A stretch of DNA of 62,773 bases from a virus (IMGVR_UViG_3300025168_000084:1-62773); one strand, 5' to 3'; counted from the stretch's first letter, positions 20,029 through 30,074 are shown. The notes: generated from the sequence alone by a model not told the origin. A program made the numbers and translations.

Positions 20029-20793
20029 ATGTTAAAGATTGATGATGTGAATGAGGAAATTTATTTTCAATTTAGACGAGCCCAAATGGAAGCTATGGCA
20101 ACCGAAAGATTGGGTGTCATACATGTTAGTGATATAATTAAACCATGCATGCGTAATGTAATCTATGGTAAGGTTCTACCTAGAACTGGAATGAATACTG
20201 AAAGCACAAAGTCATTATACTTTGGTCAGGTAGTTCACAGCAACTCACAGTTGGCAAAAGATGAACATCATGAAATGTTTCTTGCATATGATTATGTAAG
20301 AGATGAGTCATTGACCTATGAGGAATCTAAAAAAATACCATTAGATGATCCTAGACAGTTAGATATTATATATGGCAGTATAGACGACTTGATGAAAGTC
20401 GGTGATAAATGGGTGATTTGTGACAAAAAGACGACAGGAAGTATTGATTATTTTTCAAAGGCAACAAGCAAGGCAAGTGATTCTCACAAGGATCAGATCA
20501 ACAGATACCGTGTATTGTTAAAAAAATGCTATAATATTGATGCTGACTTTGGATGTGTGATATACATTTCAAACAGAATTGAAAAAGACAAAAGGGACAA
20601 ACCAATTACCATATCTTTCAAGTTAAAACCAGTGGAAGAAACTTTGATTGACATGATTGAAAGGTCAAACAATATCAAAGACTCTCTTACTAACAAAACA
20701 TTACCAGAAAGAACCAAATGTTTCCTCTGTGATGGCATGTGTGACTATGCTAGCATGTGTTTTGAAGATAATAGATCCAGTTTTGAAGATTAA
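20029..20793 (+). CDS. Cas4-like PD-(D/E)xK nuclease (solo, probable Fe-S cluster)
   Basis: IHVSD…PC.R, GQVVH, GSIDDL…ICDKKT and QINRY motifs; C-terminal CFLC..MCDYASMC cysteine cluster. Confidence 0.8.
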   Translation: MLKIDDVNEEIYFQFRRAQMEAMATERLGVIHVSDIIKPCMRNVIYGKVLPRTGMNTESTKSLYFGQVVHSNSQLAKDEHHEMFLAYDYVRDESLTYEESKKIPLDDPRQLDIIYGSIDDLMKVGDKWVICDKKTTGSIDYFSKATSKASDSHKDQINRYRVLLKKCYNIDADFGCVIYISNRIEKDKRDKPITISFKLKPVEETLIDMIERSNNIKDSLTNKTLPERTKCFLCDGMCDYASMCFEDNRSSFED

Positions 20794-20830
20794 AAAAACT
20801 TTATAAACAAGTTAAAAAAACTGTTATATA

Positions 20831-21352
20831 ATGGATAAAAATGATGATATTTTCAAAATAAAGCCTATTGGCAATACCGATATAGTCGTGGAAGACAAGA
20901 GAAAAACCATATCTCCATTCAATAGTGCCAAGCATTTCAAGGAAGCAAACATACCAGCCCTATGTGATCAATGTGTCTACAAGTCAGTTGAAGAAGGTGG
21001 AAATGGCAAATGTCCTAAATATGAAAAGGGAGCAGTTTGTGGTATTCGCAAAGATTTCATTAGTTTCATTAATGAGCTAGATACTAGAAATCCAGAGGAT
21101 TTGAAAAACATGATAGACATGGTTGCAAAACTTACATTTGAGAATGTCCTCATGACTTTGACACAAGCCAAGTTTGATGGCAACGTACCAGATAGAAACA
21201 GTAAAAGTGAAATTAATACATTGCTAAACATTGTAAAATCAATGAATGACCTCAACAGTAAAATTACAATTACTGAGAAAAAAGAGTTCTCAAAAGAGGG
21301 TGACATTGAAAGCATATTCCGACAGATAAAGGCACAGAAAAAAGATGGCTAG
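20831..21352 (+). CDS. Putative terminase small subunit or Zn-binding protein
   Basis: Overlaps the TerL start; CDQC…CPKY…VC followed by a helical C-terminus. Call is by position only. Confidence 0.4.
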   Translation: MDKNDDIFKIKPIGNTDIVVEDKRKTISPFNSAKHFKEANIPALCDQCVYKSVEEGGNGKCPKYEKGAVCGIRKDFISFINELDTRNPEDLKNMIDMVAKLTFENVLMTLTQAKFDGNVPDRNSKSEINTLLNIVKSMNDLNSKITITEKKEFSKEGDIESIFRQIKAQKKDG

Positions 21353-22727
21353 ACCTACCAAGGAGGAGACTCAGGAAAGAATAGAGTTCATGCAGTCAAT
21401 AGCAGATTGTGCAAAATCCCCTAGCAAGTTCAGTGACATATTCTTAGGTCACAAACTGTTTGACTACAATGTAAAGTATGTTGACTGTCAGGACAGATTC
21501 ATAGTGTACAGAAGTGGAAGACAGGTGGGTAAAACCATGTCAACTGCTGCCAAGGCAGTACACTTTGCGTTCTTTGCACCGTTAATGCTAAAGACAGTAA
21601 AGCATGAATGTACAATAGTTATTGCAGCCCCTACACAAAATCAGGCAACCATCATGTTTGACAGGATCAGAAGTTTGGTTATCAACAGTTCATTTCTCAA
21701 AGGCTACATAGTAAGAAACACACAGTCAGAACTTTGGGTAAGATTCCTAGACAACAACGGAATGACCAAGATCATTACAAGGGCAACAGGTGAGACTGGT
21801 GTCGGGCTGAGAGGTTATTCTCCACATGTTATTATCGCTGACGAATGTAGTTTCATTAAGACAGATATACTCAGAGCCTTCCTACCTTCTGGTATGGCTA
21901 CACAGGCAAAGGTATGGCTTACGTCAACACCTTTCTCCAAGTCAGGTTACTTCTATGAAGCGTGTATGAACAGTAGACCTAGAAACCCAGAGGGCATGTG
22001 GACAGAGTTCCATGTAAAATCCATGATGAACCCACTTATTGCAGAAGATCCTGTATTTATTGAGGAAATTAAGAGGTTAACCAAAGAGGAATATGTCCAA
22101 GAGGTAGAGGGTGAGTTCCTAGACATTGGTGATGCACTTATACCAAACTCATTGATTATGGAAGCACTTACTGACGGACACCCAAAAGGCAGAGTGAGAT
22201 ACTATATGGGAGTGGATATTGCTAGAACAGGTCGTGACGAGACTGTATTTACGATAGTAGGAGTAGATGAGGAAGATACCGTGTTTGTGGAAGATGTTTA
22301 TGCCGAATCTCAAAGTAATGTGGTAGATGTGGCAGGCAGAATTGCTGACTTTGTGCAACAGTTCAGATTAGAGACAGTCTACATAGACGAGACAGGTCTA
22401 GGTGGTGGACTTGTAGACTTGTGCAGGGAAAGAGATGTTCCTACAAGGGGTGTAATGTTCTCACTACAGGAAAAGGCAGATATGTACAAGAATCTCAGGT
22501 TACTGTTTGAAAATCACAAGATAAAGTTAAAGAATATCAACAAAATGGTCTATCAACTGTCATATCTCAGAAGGGAATATACTGAAAGTGGTATAATGAA
22601 GATCAAGTCATTTGAACATGACGACTATCCTGACAGTCTTGTACTTGCATGTAGGGCAGTTAATACAGGAGAAGGATGGCACGTTATGAGTATGGGCAAG
22701 GCTCTTAAAGAGTCTCTATTCGGTTAA
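21345..22727 (+). CDS. terL: Terminase large subunit
   Basis: Walker A region SGRQVGKT, IAAPTQNQA, LRG, Walker B IIADEC, TSTP, nuclease GVDIARTGRD, IDETGLGGG and HDDYPDSL. Confidence 0.95.
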   Translation: MARPTKEETQERIEFMQSIADCAKSPSKFSDIFLGHKLFDYNVKYVDCQDRFIVYRSGRQVGKTMSTAAKAVHFAFFAPLMLKTVKHECTIVIAAPTQNQATIMFDRIRSLVINSSFLKGYIVRNTQSELWVRFLDNNGMTKIITRATGETGVGLRGYSPHVIIADECSFIKTDILRAFLPSGMATQAKVWLTSTPFSKSGYFYEACMNSRPRNPEGMWTEFHVKSMMNPLIAEDPVFIEEIKRLTKEEYVQEVEGEFLDIGDALIPNSLIMEALTDGHPKGRVRYYMGVDIARTGRDETVFTIVGVDEEDTVFVEDVYAESQSNVVDVAGRIADFVQQFRLETVYIDETGLGGGLVDLCRERDVPTRGVMFSLQEKADMYKNLRLLFENHKIKLKNINKMVYQLSYLRREYTESGIMKIKSFEHDDYPDSLVLACRAVNTGEGWHVMSMGKALKESLFG

Positions 22728-22757
22728 CTTTATATAATAATAGGTTGTGGTTTATAT

Positions 22758-24059
22758 ATGGAATGGCAAAACTGGTTAGATAAGAAAACAGCTAAAACTA
22801 TCAATGATGATTTTCCAAAAGGAAAACCTCCACATATAGATTATAATAAAACACCAGATAAGACTATTCCTCGTACAAGAAGTGATTTTGATGATGAGAC
22901 ACATGAAGATCCATATGTTAATAACAGTATATCTTCAGTTGATTCATGGGAATCATGGTTAGAAAAGAACAATGCCACAGAAACATCTCACAAAGAGGGT
23001 GAGAAGAAGGAAGAATGGAATGGTAAATTTGACAATTCTACTACCAGAGATGATGCAGAAAATGACGATGATAAGGCTATTGGTGAGGAAGAATCACTAG
23101 AGGAACTAACTGACGGTAAACTGGAAGAAATAGAGAAACTAAAGTCATGGGAAATATTTTTAGAAAAGAATCAATACCCACAAGATAATATTCCTGAAAA
23201 AAAAGATGAAGATGGTGACTCAGAAATAAATTTTGAAACTGGAACTAAGTTACAAACTTCAGGAGAAACTGGAGAAGGTGTATTAACTGATGAAAAACAT
23301 AGAGATGTGGAGGATGAAACAACTACTAATAATTTAACTCAACGTTTTAGGAGAGGAAATTTGAGAGGACAAGCACAAGGTGCAGGTAGAAAAGGATATA
23401 ATAATGCAGGTGCTAGTGGTGGTGTGCCTAAAGGTCATGCAGGTAAATTTGGTAAAGGTGGTAAAACTTTTGGAGCTGATCAATGGGGTGGAACAATGTC
23501 AGGTGATTCTGCAAGACCAAATGCAGATGGTACTAGAACTACTCTTGATGGATTAAGACAACAAATTCAAAGAATTAATGAACATGAGAATAAAAAAGAA
23601 TTATCTAGTACTGGACAACCAGCAGCATCACACCAAAAAGAAGTAGCTGATATAGAACCTGTAGGAAAATCATGGGAATCATGGCTAACTAAATATGAAG
23701 AAACAGTAGAAGATAAAAAATTAGCATTAGATTTAAATGAAGCAAGAGCAGTAAGAGGTAAAAAAATAGCATCACAAAAGGTCAAACCAGAAACAGGTGA
23801 AGATGCTAAAATGGGAGAATATTCAACAGTAACAGCAGAAAAATTCAAATCATGGGAAGGATGGCTAGATAAGATGCAGGGAGCTGGAGATGCTAGATTT
23901 GGCAATCAACACCTAACAGGAATGGAACAGAAACCAGTAGCAGATGACGAATCTATAGAATTATCGGCAGAAAGTGAAGAAAACAACGAAAAACAAGAGA
24001 AAACTGAGGATAAGGAAGACAAAGATAATAAACCTTATAAAGCATTAAGTCAGGAGTAA
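22758..24059 (+). CDS. Low-complexity acidic protein with five (K)SWExWLxK-type motifs; candidate internal virion protein
   Basis: EWQNWLDK, SWESWLEK, KSWEIFLEK, KSWESWLTK and KSWEGWLDK separated by disordered segments; own TATA at about 22728. Confidence 0.6.
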   Translation: MEWQNWLDKKTAKTINDDFPKGKPPHIDYNKTPDKTIPRTRSDFDDETHEDPYVNNSISSVDSWESWLEKNNATETSHKEGEKKEEWNGKFDNSTTRDDAENDDDKAIGEEESLEELTDGKLEEIEKLKSWEIFLEKNQYPQDNIPEKKDEDGDSEINFETGTKLQTSGETGEGVLTDEKHRDVEDETTTNNLTQRFRRGNLRGQAQGAGRKGYNNAGASGGVPKGHAGKFGKGGKTFGADQWGGTMSGDSARPNADGTRTTLDGLRQQIQRINEHENKKELSSTGQPAASHQKEVADIEPVGKSWESWLTKYEETVEDKKLALDLNEARAVRGKKIASQKVKPETGEDAKMGEYSTVTAEKFKSWEGWLDKMQGAGDARFGNQHLTGMEQKPVADDESIELSAESEENNEKQEKTEDKEDKDNKPYKALSQE

Positions 24060-24063
24060 TGAT

Positions 24064-25122
24064 ATGGAAGACTTGAACAAAATCACTTCAACTAGAGTCG
24101 GAGACAACATTCATTTCTTTGTAAACGGTGCAGAAGATAGTGGCACAGTAGTCAAAATGGACACAAGTTATGTTACAGTTGTAAAAAGAGATGGCAACTT
24201 CCAAGATATTCACATTAACGATACATTTTTCATTAAAGATATACTAGTAAACAAGACATGGAATGACATGACTATGGAAGAAAGAACCGTAGAATTACAC
24301 AAAATTCACGCCTACAGTCCTAGATTCCTAGCAAAATCATGGAAAGAACTTCCACAATCACTTAAAGATGTAATGAAAGAAAAACAGGCTAAATTACATC
24401 CAAACCAAGTAAAAGAATTTGGTAGAAAGATGTATAATGATGGTAAAACTGCTGGGGAAAATCAAGTTGGAGAAGCAATAGTAAATGCACCAAAATCAGG
24501 TTTAGAAATATTACAAGCAGGTAAAAAAATTAAAAAATCCAACGTAGAACAGTCACATCTTGGTAGTGCAGGCAGAGGTGGACATGCAGTTGAGACAAGT
24601 ACTGCTTTTGATGCAGAAGAAGATTACGAAGGAGAGTCACATGAAACTAAAGAAGAACAATTTAAACATGATAAAGAAAAACCTAAAGTAACAAACAAAA
24701 CAGGTAGAAATAATTATGGTGGAAATATGGAAGCTGGATTAGTATTAAATCCTAGTAAAATAAAGGAATTACAAGAATTAGAAACTGATAAACAAAATGC
24801 AACACCTACATCTGAGACAAAATATTTTGGTGCTAATGGTAAACAAATAACAAGAGAAGAACATGAGTCATCATCAGATATAAAACAGTCTTATGGATCA
24901 ATGCAAGAACAACTATGGGAACAATGGTTAGATAAAGACGGTGGCATGGGTGGTGGAAGTCCTCCAGCATCAACATCAAGCAACAATTCTGCTCAAACAA
25001 ATGATTCAGGTGTATATAATCCAGTCTACGGTGAAAAAGGAAGACACGGTGGACAAAGTAAAGATAAAGAAGAAGAAACAGAAAAAGATAAAGAAGCAGA
25101 TGAAAAAGAAAGGAAAGGATAA
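24064..25122 (+). CDS. Hypothetical protein with SH3/Sm-like N-terminus and disordered tail
   Basis: VGDNIHF…GTVVKM…VTVV beta domain; later LWEQWLDK motif; TATA at about 24035. Confidence 0.55.
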   Translation: MEDLNKITSTRVGDNIHFFVNGAEDSGTVVKMDTSYVTVVKRDGNFQDIHINDTFFIKDILVNKTWNDMTMEERTVELHKIHAYSPRFLAKSWKELPQSLKDVMKEKQAKLHPNQVKEFGRKMYNDGKTAGENQVGEAIVNAPKSGLEILQAGKKIKKSNVEQSHLGSAGRGGHAVETSTAFDAEEDYEGESHETKEEQFKHDKEKPKVTNKTGRNNYGGNMEAGLVLNPSKIKELQELETDKQNATPTSETKYFGANGKQITREEHESSSDIKQSYGSMQEQLWEQWLDKDGGMGGGSPPASTSSNNSAQTNDSGVYNPVYGEKGRHGGQSKDKEEETEKDKEADEKERKG

Positions 25123-27092
25123 TGCCTACAGGTAAACCTGATTTTAATTTAAACAGTTTTGGAATAAAATATTTATCCAAAGATGAAGTACAAGAATTTT
25201 TAGAAAAAAGAACCCAAGGAGAAGAAATAGGATCAAAAGGAGATAGATCACAAACAGCAGTTGCAGCAAATACTCCAAAAGGATTACAAAAACCTGTTTC
25301 AGCAAGACCAACTAGAAATATTGATCCACAAACTGGGTTTACTTCTAATGCTCCAACTCCACCAACTCAAGCAGCAGTTGCAACTGATAGTACTGTAAAT
25401 GATGTTAATACTGGTAATAAAAAATTAAAAATACCATCTAAGAAACTTGAAGGTGGAACTAGATCTGTATTTACAGCTAGAGATAAATTACCTTCTAAAA
25501 TGTCAAATAGAGAAAGACATCTTAGAGAAGATATTGAATCAAGCCCTAAAACTAGACTTGATAATAGAGGATCAACAGTACAAGATGGTAATCGTAAAGT
25601 AGATGAATCTGGAGTAGTTGGTAGACAACATAGACAACAACCACAACCAACAACTAAACCAAATGAGGGAGTTAAATCAAGAACAAGAGAACAAGTAGGT
25701 AGTATAATTGGTGATAGAGAATATTCAAAAGAAGGTGAAGGAAAGAAGGTGCAATTAGATTCAAATTCTAGATTCAATCCAAAAACTAATCAAGCTGAAA
25801 AATTAACTGAATCCAAGACTAGGGAAGCAACAGGTGACAAAAACACGAACTCTGAAGGAAAAAAGAAAAAACAACATAAAATGGCAAAAAGAACTACTAA
25901 ACTAGATAGTAAACAAGAGACAAATACTGCTGGTGATGCACCAGAAGGCGTAGAAAGTGAAACACAAGAAATCAGTAATTCAAATGTAGAAGTTGGTGTA
26001 GGAGTAGATGCACATAAAAAATTCAAAGAAGTAGAAGGTCAAGGAGAACTTAGAGAGAGACAAAGAATTAGAAATACTGAAGGTGTTGGTGCAGGTAAAG
26101 GTAAAGGTAAAAGAAAAGATTCAAATTTAAATGATATGTCAGATACATCTACTAGAGCAAAAAAACATGATACTAGAGGAAAAAAGTATAAATGGGAAAA
26201 TGATGAGGATAAAGCTGGATATAATGCTATAAAACAAGTAAAACACTCAAAAACTGGTAAAATGGTAAATGATAGAGTTGCTCAAATGAAATATCTTAAT
26301 TCAATGGATGAAAAATATAAAAGAAGTGTTACAGAACAACCTAAAACAAGTACAGCAGGTCAAAAAATTATTGATGAAATGTCTAAGAAAAAGAAGAAAT
26401 CAAATGACATTATTACAGATATGAATATTATTAAATTAGACTTGATGAAAGGAAAAAAATATCTAAAGAGAGAACGATTAGGTTCAGTAATTGGTAAACC
26501 AAAAAATGTAACAAATGATGGTGTGGCTGATTATGAGAAAGGAGATGATAATGATTTCTTCTCTTTAGATGATAAAGCTTTAAAATCTCAAGCTGAAGAA
26601 ACAATCTTCAAGGCAATATCACTAAAATTAGACTTGATGAAAGATGCTAAAGATGGTAAAGGAAGTAACAAACCTATGGATGGTAGTGATGATATTCCAT
26701 TTACTGATAGTTTCGCAGGTGATAGAGCAGAAACCAATGTAATAAATTATTTAGATACTTATGGTGGTGATGATGAACCAACAGGTACTACATTAGATAA
26801 ACTTCAGGAAGTTGATGGAGATGGTAAAGCTGCATATTTAAATGCACCTAATATGACAAAAAAACAACCTATTAAACCAAAATTGGCTAAATCTGCTGCT
26901 GAAACAATCTTCAAGGCAATATCACTAAAATTAGACTTGATGAAAACTGATTATTCAAGTCCAACAGATATTGATATGAAAGATGTGTATGAGAAAAAAA
27001 GAGTTAAAGAAGTAGAAGCAAAACATAATACTTCATGCCCACATTGTAAACAAACATTACCAAAATATAAACCAGAACCTATCGACGATTAG
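25122..27092 (+). CDS. Large Lys/Arg-rich low-complexity protein with KLDLMK repeats
   Basis: Three KLDLMK motifs, two within the identical ETIFKAISLKLDLMK; C-terminal CPHC. Confidence 0.6.
   Translation: MPTGKPDFNLNSFGIKYLSKDEVQEFLEKRTQGEEIGSKGDRSQTAVAANTPKGLQKPVSARPTRNIDPQTGFTSNAPTPPTQAAVATDSTVNDVNTGNKKLKIPSKKLEGGTRSVFTARDKLPSKMSNRERHLREDIESSPKTRLDNRGSTVQDGNRKVDESGVVGRQHRQQPQPTTKPNEGVKSRTREQVGSIIGDREYSKEGEGKKVQLDSNSRFNPKTNQAEKLTESKTREATGDKNTNSEGKKKKQHKMAKRTTKLDSKQETNTAGDAPEGVESETQEISNSNVEVGVGVDAHKKFKEVEGQGELRERQRIRNTEGVGAGKGKGKRKDSNLNDMSDTSTRAKKHDTRGKKYKWENDEDKAGYNAIKQVKHSKTGKMVNDRVAQMKYLNSMDEKYKRSVTEQPKTSTAGQKIIDEMSKKKKKSNDIITDMNIIKLDLMKGKKYLKRERLGSVIGKPKNVTNDGVADYEKGDDNDFFSLDDKALKSQAEETIFKAISLKLDLMKDAKDGKGSNKPMDGSDDIPFTDSFAGDRAETNVINYLDTYGGDDEPTGTTLDKLQEVDGDGKAAYLNAPNMTKKQPIKPKLAKSAAETIFKAISLKLDLMKTDYSSPTDIDMKDVYEKKRVKEVEAKHNTSCPHCKQTLPKYKPEPIDD
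26598..26945 (+). repeat. Two identical 45-bp repeats (26598-26642 and 26901-26945)
   Basis: gaaacaatcttcaaggcaatatcactaaaattagacttgatgaaa occurs twice; partial third copy at 26433-26450. Confidence 0.95.
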
Positions 27093-27129
27093 TAACAACC
27101 CTTAAATAATACCTATATTAACTTTTATT

Positions 27130-27270
27130 GTGGTAAGACGAGATACTGATCATTATTGTATAGAGTGTAAAGCCATACTTCCTTGGAGATATAAAGGTAG
27201 GCAACGTATTTATTGTAGTACTGCCTGTAGAAATGAATATACAAAGAGGAAAAAAGAGAATGAAGTATAA
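27130..27270 (+). CDS. 46-aa Zn-finger microprotein (not in ORF track)
   Basis: GTG start 29 nt after CTTAAATA; CIEC…YCSTAC; similar to 40886..41188. Confidence 0.6.
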   Translation: MVRRDTDHYCIECKAILPWRYKGRQRIYCSTACRNEYTKRKKENEV

Positions 27271-27364
27271 ATGCCCTAAATGTGATTTTACAGTAGAAGC
27301 TGATTATATAAAGACAGATATGTTTCAGAATATTTTTAACCATGAAAGATCTCATACTGATTAA
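27260..27364 (+). CDS. 34-aa C2H2-type Zn-finger microprotein (not in ORF track)
   Basis: MKYKCPKC…HERSH; TAATG coupling to the RNase H gene. Confidence 0.6.
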   Translation: MKYKCPKCDFTVEADYIKTDMFQNIFNHERSHTD

Positions 27365-27729
27365 TGATTAAAATATATGTAGATGGTGGAACAGTTGGTA
27401 CTAGGATATGTCTAGTTGACAAACTTAAAGACAAAACTATTGTCAAAACAAGGGGGGTAAATCCAACAAACAATGAGCTGGAATATCTTGCACTCTTGTA
27501 TGCATTGGAATATATCGCAAACAACTACAAGAGAAGAAACATTACAATATACAGCGACTCCATGCTTATAGTAAATCAGATAAACGGTAAGTGGAGAGTT
27601 ACTACTCCAACTCTGATACCTCTATGGAATAAATGTATGAAACTGGTAACAGATAAAATGAAAATAAAATGGATCAGTAGAGACTTTAACGAAGCTGGGT
27701 GGGTTCTTGATTCTTTGTTGGGTAAGTAG
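27364..27729 (+). CDS. rnhA: Ribonuclease HI (archaeal/Ty3-like type)
   Basis: IYVDGG, TNNELEYLAL, YSDSMLIVNQINGKWRV and WISRDFNEA motifs. Confidence 0.85.
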   Translation: MIKIYVDGGTVGTRICLVDKLKDKTIVKTRGVNPTNNELEYLALLYALEYIANNYKRRNITIYSDSMLIVNQINGKWRVTTPTLIPLWNKCMKLVTDKMKIKWISRDFNEAGWVLDSLLGK

Positions 27730-27922
27730 TGTTAGATATTTCACCAACAGCATTACTCTCTTTGAAAAATAACAGCATTTTGTTAAACAAAACTGCATCA
27801 CTTTCATAAAGTTTTCCAGTTCTGGTTGTTTTTACAAATTTTGCAAATTTTCTAAACAGTTCTTTGTCTTCCCAAGAAACACATATCGTAGTGTGTGAGT
27901 TTCCTATTTTACGTCTTGCCAT
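27686..27922 (-). CDS. Small DNA-binding protein (ribbon-helix-helix-like)
   Basis: HTTICVSWEDKELF beta-alpha pattern; minus-strand TATA at about 27945-27953. Confidence 0.45.
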   Translation of the reverse strand: MARRKIGNSHTTICVSWEDKELFRKFAKFVKTTRTGKLYESDAVLFNKMLLFFKESNAVGEISNTTYPTKNQEPTQLR

Positions 27923-27955
27923 AGTTAAATCAGTTATATATTATTATATAAACTT

Positions 27956-28507
27956 TTAGATTGCATATTGTTTTTTAGCTTCTTTAACGGGTATAAATGG
28001 TATGGTTATTGGTAGCCAAATCATACCCCATCTTATCCAAATCTTAATTGTTTTCTTTGTACCATACCAGTTGTCATGAACAATAACAGTTGCTGCTGCT
28101 CCTCTTGTATTGGCTTTGCCCTCTGGTGCATCATATTTTCTAGTAATATGAAATGTTCCAACTGCATCCTGATAGATGGCGTGTAACAACTCGTGTCCAA
28201 GTGGCATTATATTCTGTCTAATAATGAAAGGATTCTTAACGTCATTGACAAACATATAGATAACTTTGATTCCTGTAACACCCCATGCTATTCCGTCACT
28301 TGTCTCAACGTTTAGATGCTTATAATATACCTTGAAATCTTCTTGATCAGTAACAGGAATTATGTTAAGTGTCCAGTTTTCTTCAAAATTTTGCCATGCT
28401 TTATATCCAGAGTTATTAGTGCCATCATTGCCGTTTATCATAATAGTTCGTTGTATAATGTCATTGTATTTTTTCTCATCTATATTCTTAGTAAAATAAT
28501 GTATCAT
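27956..28507 (-). CDS. Putative zincin metallopeptidase
   Basis: GHELLH (HExxH) motif. Confidence 0.5.
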   Translation of the reverse strand: MIHYFTKNIDEKKYNDIIQRTIMINGNDGTNNSGYKAWQNFEENWTLNIIPVTDQEDFKVYYKHLNVETSDGIAWGVTGIKVIYMFVNDVKNPFIIRQNIMPLGHELLHAIYQDAVGTFHITRKYDAPEGKANTRGAAATVIVHDNWYGTKKTIKIWIRWGMIWLPITIPFIPVKEAKKQYAI

Positions 28508-28559
28508 ACATAATTAATTAAACAACAACATATAAATATTGTCAATTATATGAAATTAC

Positions 28560-28967
28560 ATGGGTACTAAGATTACAGGAAAATATGCAGGTAACTGCAA
28601 AATCTGTGGTAGTGACTGGAGAGTAGGAGAACAAATATTCTACCAAAAAGATCCAAAAGCCATATGTGTTGACAAGGAATGTTTCGAGGAACAGGGTGGA
28701 AAGTTTACCCCTTACAAACAACAGGGAACATTGACAAACAGTACAGGTGGATGGGGAAAGACTCCGATAATAACAAAATTACCTGACGTAGAAGTAAGTG
28801 ATGAGGTTAAAAAAATTACAGAATACTGGGATCAGTTCTTTTTAGTGGCACATCATAAGACAAAAGCCATTTACCCACAAGAGGATGTAAACGGTGACAG
28901 GTTTGGTCAGATCAGATCAAAGATGATGGATCAATTTATGGGACTTACAAATCTTATAAAAGAATAG
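28560..28967 (+). CDS. Hypothetical protein with N-terminal Zn finger
   Basis: KYAGNCKICG…GEQI…C..C; leaderless-type TATA upstream. Confidence 0.55.
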   Translation: MGTKITGKYAGNCKICGSDWRVGEQIFYQKDPKAICVDKECFEEQGGKFTPYKQQGTLTNSTGGWGKTPIITKLPDVEVSDEVKKITEYWDQFFLVAHHKTKAIYPQEDVNGDRFGQIRSKMMDQFMGLTNLIKE

Positions 28968-28998
28968 ATTTATATAATCCTTTTTTTATCATACTACC

Positions 28999-29331
28999 AT
29001 GAACGTAAGCGAAGTTCTAGATATTGACGGTTCTGTTGACAGATCTAAAAAGCTAGTTGCTGGTGATAAAATTACCATACAAAGTTTTAAGATTAAGAAC
29101 GTTGATGAAGTAGGTGCTGAAGTTGTTGAAATTGGAACCACAGAGGGACTGCGACACTCATTCGGTAAAACCGTTATTGGTCAAGCCAAAAGCGAATACT
29201 GGAAAGATGTTGTGGCAAAATGTGTTGACAAGGATGCAGCAGATGGCTTGGATGCCTATGTAGTTGAGAAGGAAGCAGAGAAGACTGGTAGAATGATGCT
29301 AGCACTATCTATGTTTCCACCAAAAAACTAA
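28999..29331 (+). CDS. Hypothetical protein (possible OB-fold ssDNA-binding protein)
   Basis: 110-aa beta-rich protein in the replication block with its own TATA; function is inferred. Confidence 0.35.
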   Translation: MNVSEVLDIDGSVDRSKKLVAGDKITIQSFKIKNVDEVGAEVVEIGTTEGLRHSFGKTVIGQAKSEYWKDVVAKCVDKDAADGLDAYVVEKEAEKTGRMMLALSMFPPKN

Positions 29332-29515
29332 TAAATAACTCCAATCTTTTTCTTTTTATGAATCCAGATAAACAACATGCCGAAGATTGGGCTAATGTAA
29401 AAAAATACAATGAGGAAATGTTAAAGTCTACAGGAGAAAGAAAATATGAAATAAGAATAGATGCCTGTAACAGATTGTTAGCAACAATTAAATAACAAAC
29501 CATATAATTTATTAC

Positions 29516-29788
29516 ATGCCTTATATCTCTACTGAACTGATTAAATGCTGGTCATGTCCTGAAGTTCCTAACGAATGGGATAGACCTTGTGAGTATATTT
29601 TATACAAAAGTGCTAGATTGGGTAATATATGCAGGTCTAACAAGCATAATATATACCCTATATCTTTTCATGACAAAGTAAGATGCATGATATGTGAAGT
29701 AAATGATATTAATCCTGAGGACTTGGGTGTTCATTATAACCACCCGTTGACAGGTCAAACTGACTGGAACCGTGACTATAATGAGTAA
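29516..29788 (+). CDS. Cys-rich hypothetical protein
   Basis: CWSC and CMIC motifs. Confidence 0.5.
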   Translation: MPYISTELIKCWSCPEVPNEWDRPCEYILYKSARLGNICRSNKHNIYPISFHDKVRCMICEVNDINPEDLGVHYNHPLTGQTDWNRDYNE

Positions 29789-30074
29789 AAAATGCAACCG
29801 TTGTGGCAAAAGTGGACTTGACTGGAACAAGGAACATTTTGAAAAGTCAGGTAAATGGCAGTTAATGGATCATAAGAAAAAAGACGGAGAATGGTGTGTA
29901 AGAAACAACTTTGTAAAATCCAAAGAAGAAAAATTAACAAAAAAAGATTACACAGTTTGTCCCTTGTGTAGTGAATCAGATTTTGGATATTGTTTAAATA
30001 CTGAATATGTAGAACATATGGAAAAGTTTCATCCAAATGGCGAGACTAGAACAAATGAATATTTTCATCTTTAA
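29781..30074 (+). CDS. Zn-finger protein
   Basis: CNRCGKSGL.W…GKW.L and CPLC…H..KFH; likely start ATG 29781. Confidence 0.6.
   Translation: MSKKCNRCGKSGLDWNKEHFEKSGKWQLMDHKKKDGEWCVRNNFVKSKEEKLTKKDYTVCPLCSESDFGYCLNTEYVEHMEKFHPNGETRTNEYFHL

Noticed and set aside
20029-20793. CRISPR-Cas system
   Set aside because: The Cas4-like gene is solitary; no cas1/cas2, effector genes or array are present.
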